Part shown: positions 16,587-18,475 of the stretch, piece by piece
Position numbering within the stretch: position 1 is the first letter of the stretch
Layout of the letters: each line of letters begins with the position of its first letter
Program-made: the position numbers and the translations under genes
The notes under the pieces: generated by a model
The model's input: the letters and a program-made list of their open reading frames with translations, nothing else
What the model was told of the DNA's origin: nothing
The model's database searches: none
DNA from: Candidatus Eiseniibacteriota bacterium
Lineage (GTDB): Bacteria > Eisenbacteria > RBG-16-71-46 > CAIMUX01 > VGJL01
Direction: 5' to 3'
Assembly: GCA_963792585.1 (NCBI GenBank)
Contig: CAWBWI010000007.1
Span: forward strand, 1-18,475
DNA length: 18,475 bases

Positions 16587-16601
16587 TGGCCCGCTTCTTG
16601 C
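16587..16601 (+). promoter_or_regulatory. Sigma-54 (-24/-12) promoter of dnaK
   Basis: TGGCCCG-CTTC-TTGC has one mismatch to TGGCACG-N4-TTGC. Predicted TSS ~16613, 70 nt before the dnaK ATG. Confidence 0.75.
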
Positions 16602-16682
16602 CCTGAGATGAGCCAGAGCCGATTGTGCGACCCCCGGAAGAGCGCGGCCAATGCCGCCGAAGGGTTCTGAAAGGAGAAGGAG

Positions 16683-18430
16683 ATGGGAAAGATCATCGGG
16701 ATAGACCTCGGCACCACGAACTCGTGCGTCGCCGTCATGGAAGGGAACGAGCCGGTCGTGATCCCCAACTCCGAGGGAGCACGGACGACGCCCTCGGTCG
16801 TGGCCTTCAAGAAGGACGGCGAGAAGATCGTCGGGGCAGCGGCGAAGCGCCAGGCGGTGACGAATCCGACGCAGACGATCTACTCGATCAAGCGCTTCAT
16901 GGGTCGGCAAGTACGACGAGGTCGGCGACCGAGCGTGGGCGAGGTGCCCTACGAGGTCGTGCGCGGGGACAACGACGTCGCCCGGGTCAAGATCGGCGAC
17001 CATGTCTACTCGCCGCCCGAGATCTCCGCGATGGTCCTGCAGAAGATGAAGCAGACGGCGGAGGACTACCTCGGCGAGAAGGTCACCGAGGCGGTCATCA
17101 CCGTCCCGGCGTACTTCAACGACTCGCAGCGGCAGGCGACGAAGGACGCCGGCCGGATCGCGGGCCTCGAGGTGAAGCGGATCATCAACGAGCCGACGGC
17201 CGCCGCGCTTGCCTACGGGCTCGACAAGCTGAAGAAGGACGAGAAGGTCGCCGTCTACGACCTCGGCGGCGGGACCTTCGACATCTCGATCCTCGAACTG
17301 GGCGACGGCGTCTTCGAGGTCAAGTCGACCAACGGCGACACGCACCTGGGCGGGGACGACTTCGACCAGCGGATCATCGATTGGCTGGCCGACGAGTTCA
17401 AGAAGTCGCAGGGGATCGACCTGCGCAGCGACCCGATGGCCCTGCAGCGCCTGAAGGAAGCGGCGGAGAAGGCGAAGTCCGAGGTCTCGACGACGATGCA
17501 GACCGAGATCAACCTTCCCTACATCACGGCCGACGCGAGCGGTCCGAAGCACCTGAACATCACGCTGACCCGCTCGAAGTTCGAGCAACTGGTCGACGAC
17601 CTGATCCAGCGGACCGTCGGGCCCGTGCAAGCAGGCGATGAAGGACTCGGGCCTCACGGCCTCCGACATCGACGAGGTGATCCTGGTCGGCGGGCTCGAC
17701 CCGCATCCCGAAGGTGCAGGAGATGGTGCGGCAGCTCTTCAACCGCGAGCCCCACAAGGGCGTGAACCCGGATGAGGTCGTCGCGGTCGGCGCGGCGATC
17801 CAGGGCGGCGTGCTGGCCGGAGAGGTGAAGGACGTCCTGCTGCTCGACGTGACCCCGCTGTCGCTCGGCATCGAGACGCTCGGCGGCGTGTCTGCACGAA
17901 GCTGATCGAACGAAACACGACGATCCCGACCCGCAAGAGCCAGATCTTCTCGACGGCCGCCGACAACCAGACGACGGTCGAGATCCACGTCCTGCAGGGG
18001 GAGCGGGAGATGGCGGCCGACAACAAGTCGCTCGGACGCTTCCAGCTCACCGGGCTTCCGCCCGCGCCGCGCGGGATGCCGCAGATCGAGGTCACCTTCG
18101 ACATCGACGCCAACGGGATCCTCAAGGTCTCGGCCAAGGACAAGGCGACCGGGCGCGAGCAGTCGATCCGGGTGGAGTCGGGATCGGGCCTGACCGAGAC
18201 CGAGATCCAGAAGATGGTCCGGGACGCCGAGCAGCACGCGAGCGAGGACAAGGCGCGCCGCGAGCTGATCGACGCGCGCAACCAGGCCGAGAACACTGGT
18301 CTACGAGACGGAGAAGAACCTGAAGGAGTGGGGCGAGAAGGTCGACGCCGCGACGCGCGCGAAGGTCGAGGCCGAGATGGCGAAGGTCCGCGAGAGCCTC
18401 GGCAGCGAATCCGCGACGACGATCCTGTCC
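16683..18430 (+). CDS. dnaK: Molecular chaperone DnaK (Hsp70), 3'-incomplete, multiple apparent frameshifts
   Basis: [70 protein letters not shown] and [14 protein letters not shown]. Indels near 16905-16940, 17622, 17694, 17892, 18293 and 18395. Confidence 0.98.
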
Positions 18431-18447
18431 TGCAGCTTAACAGCTCC

Positions 18448-18475
18448 AGCAATACGGTCAACGAAAGGTACGCAG
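18448..18475 (-). other. Probable Oxford Nanopore adapter remnant (technical sequence)
   Basis: AGCAATACGgtcAACGAAagGTAC resembles AGCAATACGTAACTGAACGAAGTAC, the reverse complement of the ONT ligation adapter as recalled from memory. DnaK similarity ends just before it. Confidence 0.7.

Noticed and set aside
15468..18430. Pseudogenisation or programmed frameshifting of EBP2 and dnaK
   Set aside because: Indels are numerous, increase toward the sequence end and leave the frame-corrected protein conserved. Sequencing error is more parsimonious.
1..18475. CRISPR arrays, IS elements, integron attC sites, prophage or defence genes
   Set aside because: No regularly spaced repeats, transposase/integrase motifs, attC core sites bounding the hairpins, or recognisable phage or defence domains.

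Overview
GC-rich chromosomal window from a diderm bacterium. A PorV/UPF0164-type barrel and a subtilase with a FlgD-Ig/T9SS-CTD-like tail suggest an FCB-related candidate phylum (inference). Gene order: 5'-truncated sigma-54 enhancer-binding protein (EBP), a ~640-bp structured non-coding gap, FN3 lipoprotein, PorV-like barrel, lpxH(-), degP-like protease, M23 peptidase, AmiC-like amidase, S8 protease(-), mogA-like(-), yjbQ(-), TlpA-like lipoprotein, yggS(-), TIGR02757-like protein, lysS, a second EBP with no sensory domain, and dnaK (3'-incomplete). Two candidate sigma-54 modules stand out. (1) EBP1 is followed by a -24/-12 promoter (1091-1106) and two ~100-nt G-U-containing stem-loop domains, a candidate new sRNA or structured leader. 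(2) EBP2 is followed by a palindromic enhancer, an IHF-like site and a near-consensus -24/-12 promoter in front of dnaK. Frameshifts from 13.6 kb onward are most likely long-read errors, because the last ~28 nt resemble an Oxford Nanopore adapter. No mobile elements, CRISPR arrays, tRNAs or rRNAs were recognised. All calls were made by eye, with no searches or folding runs.
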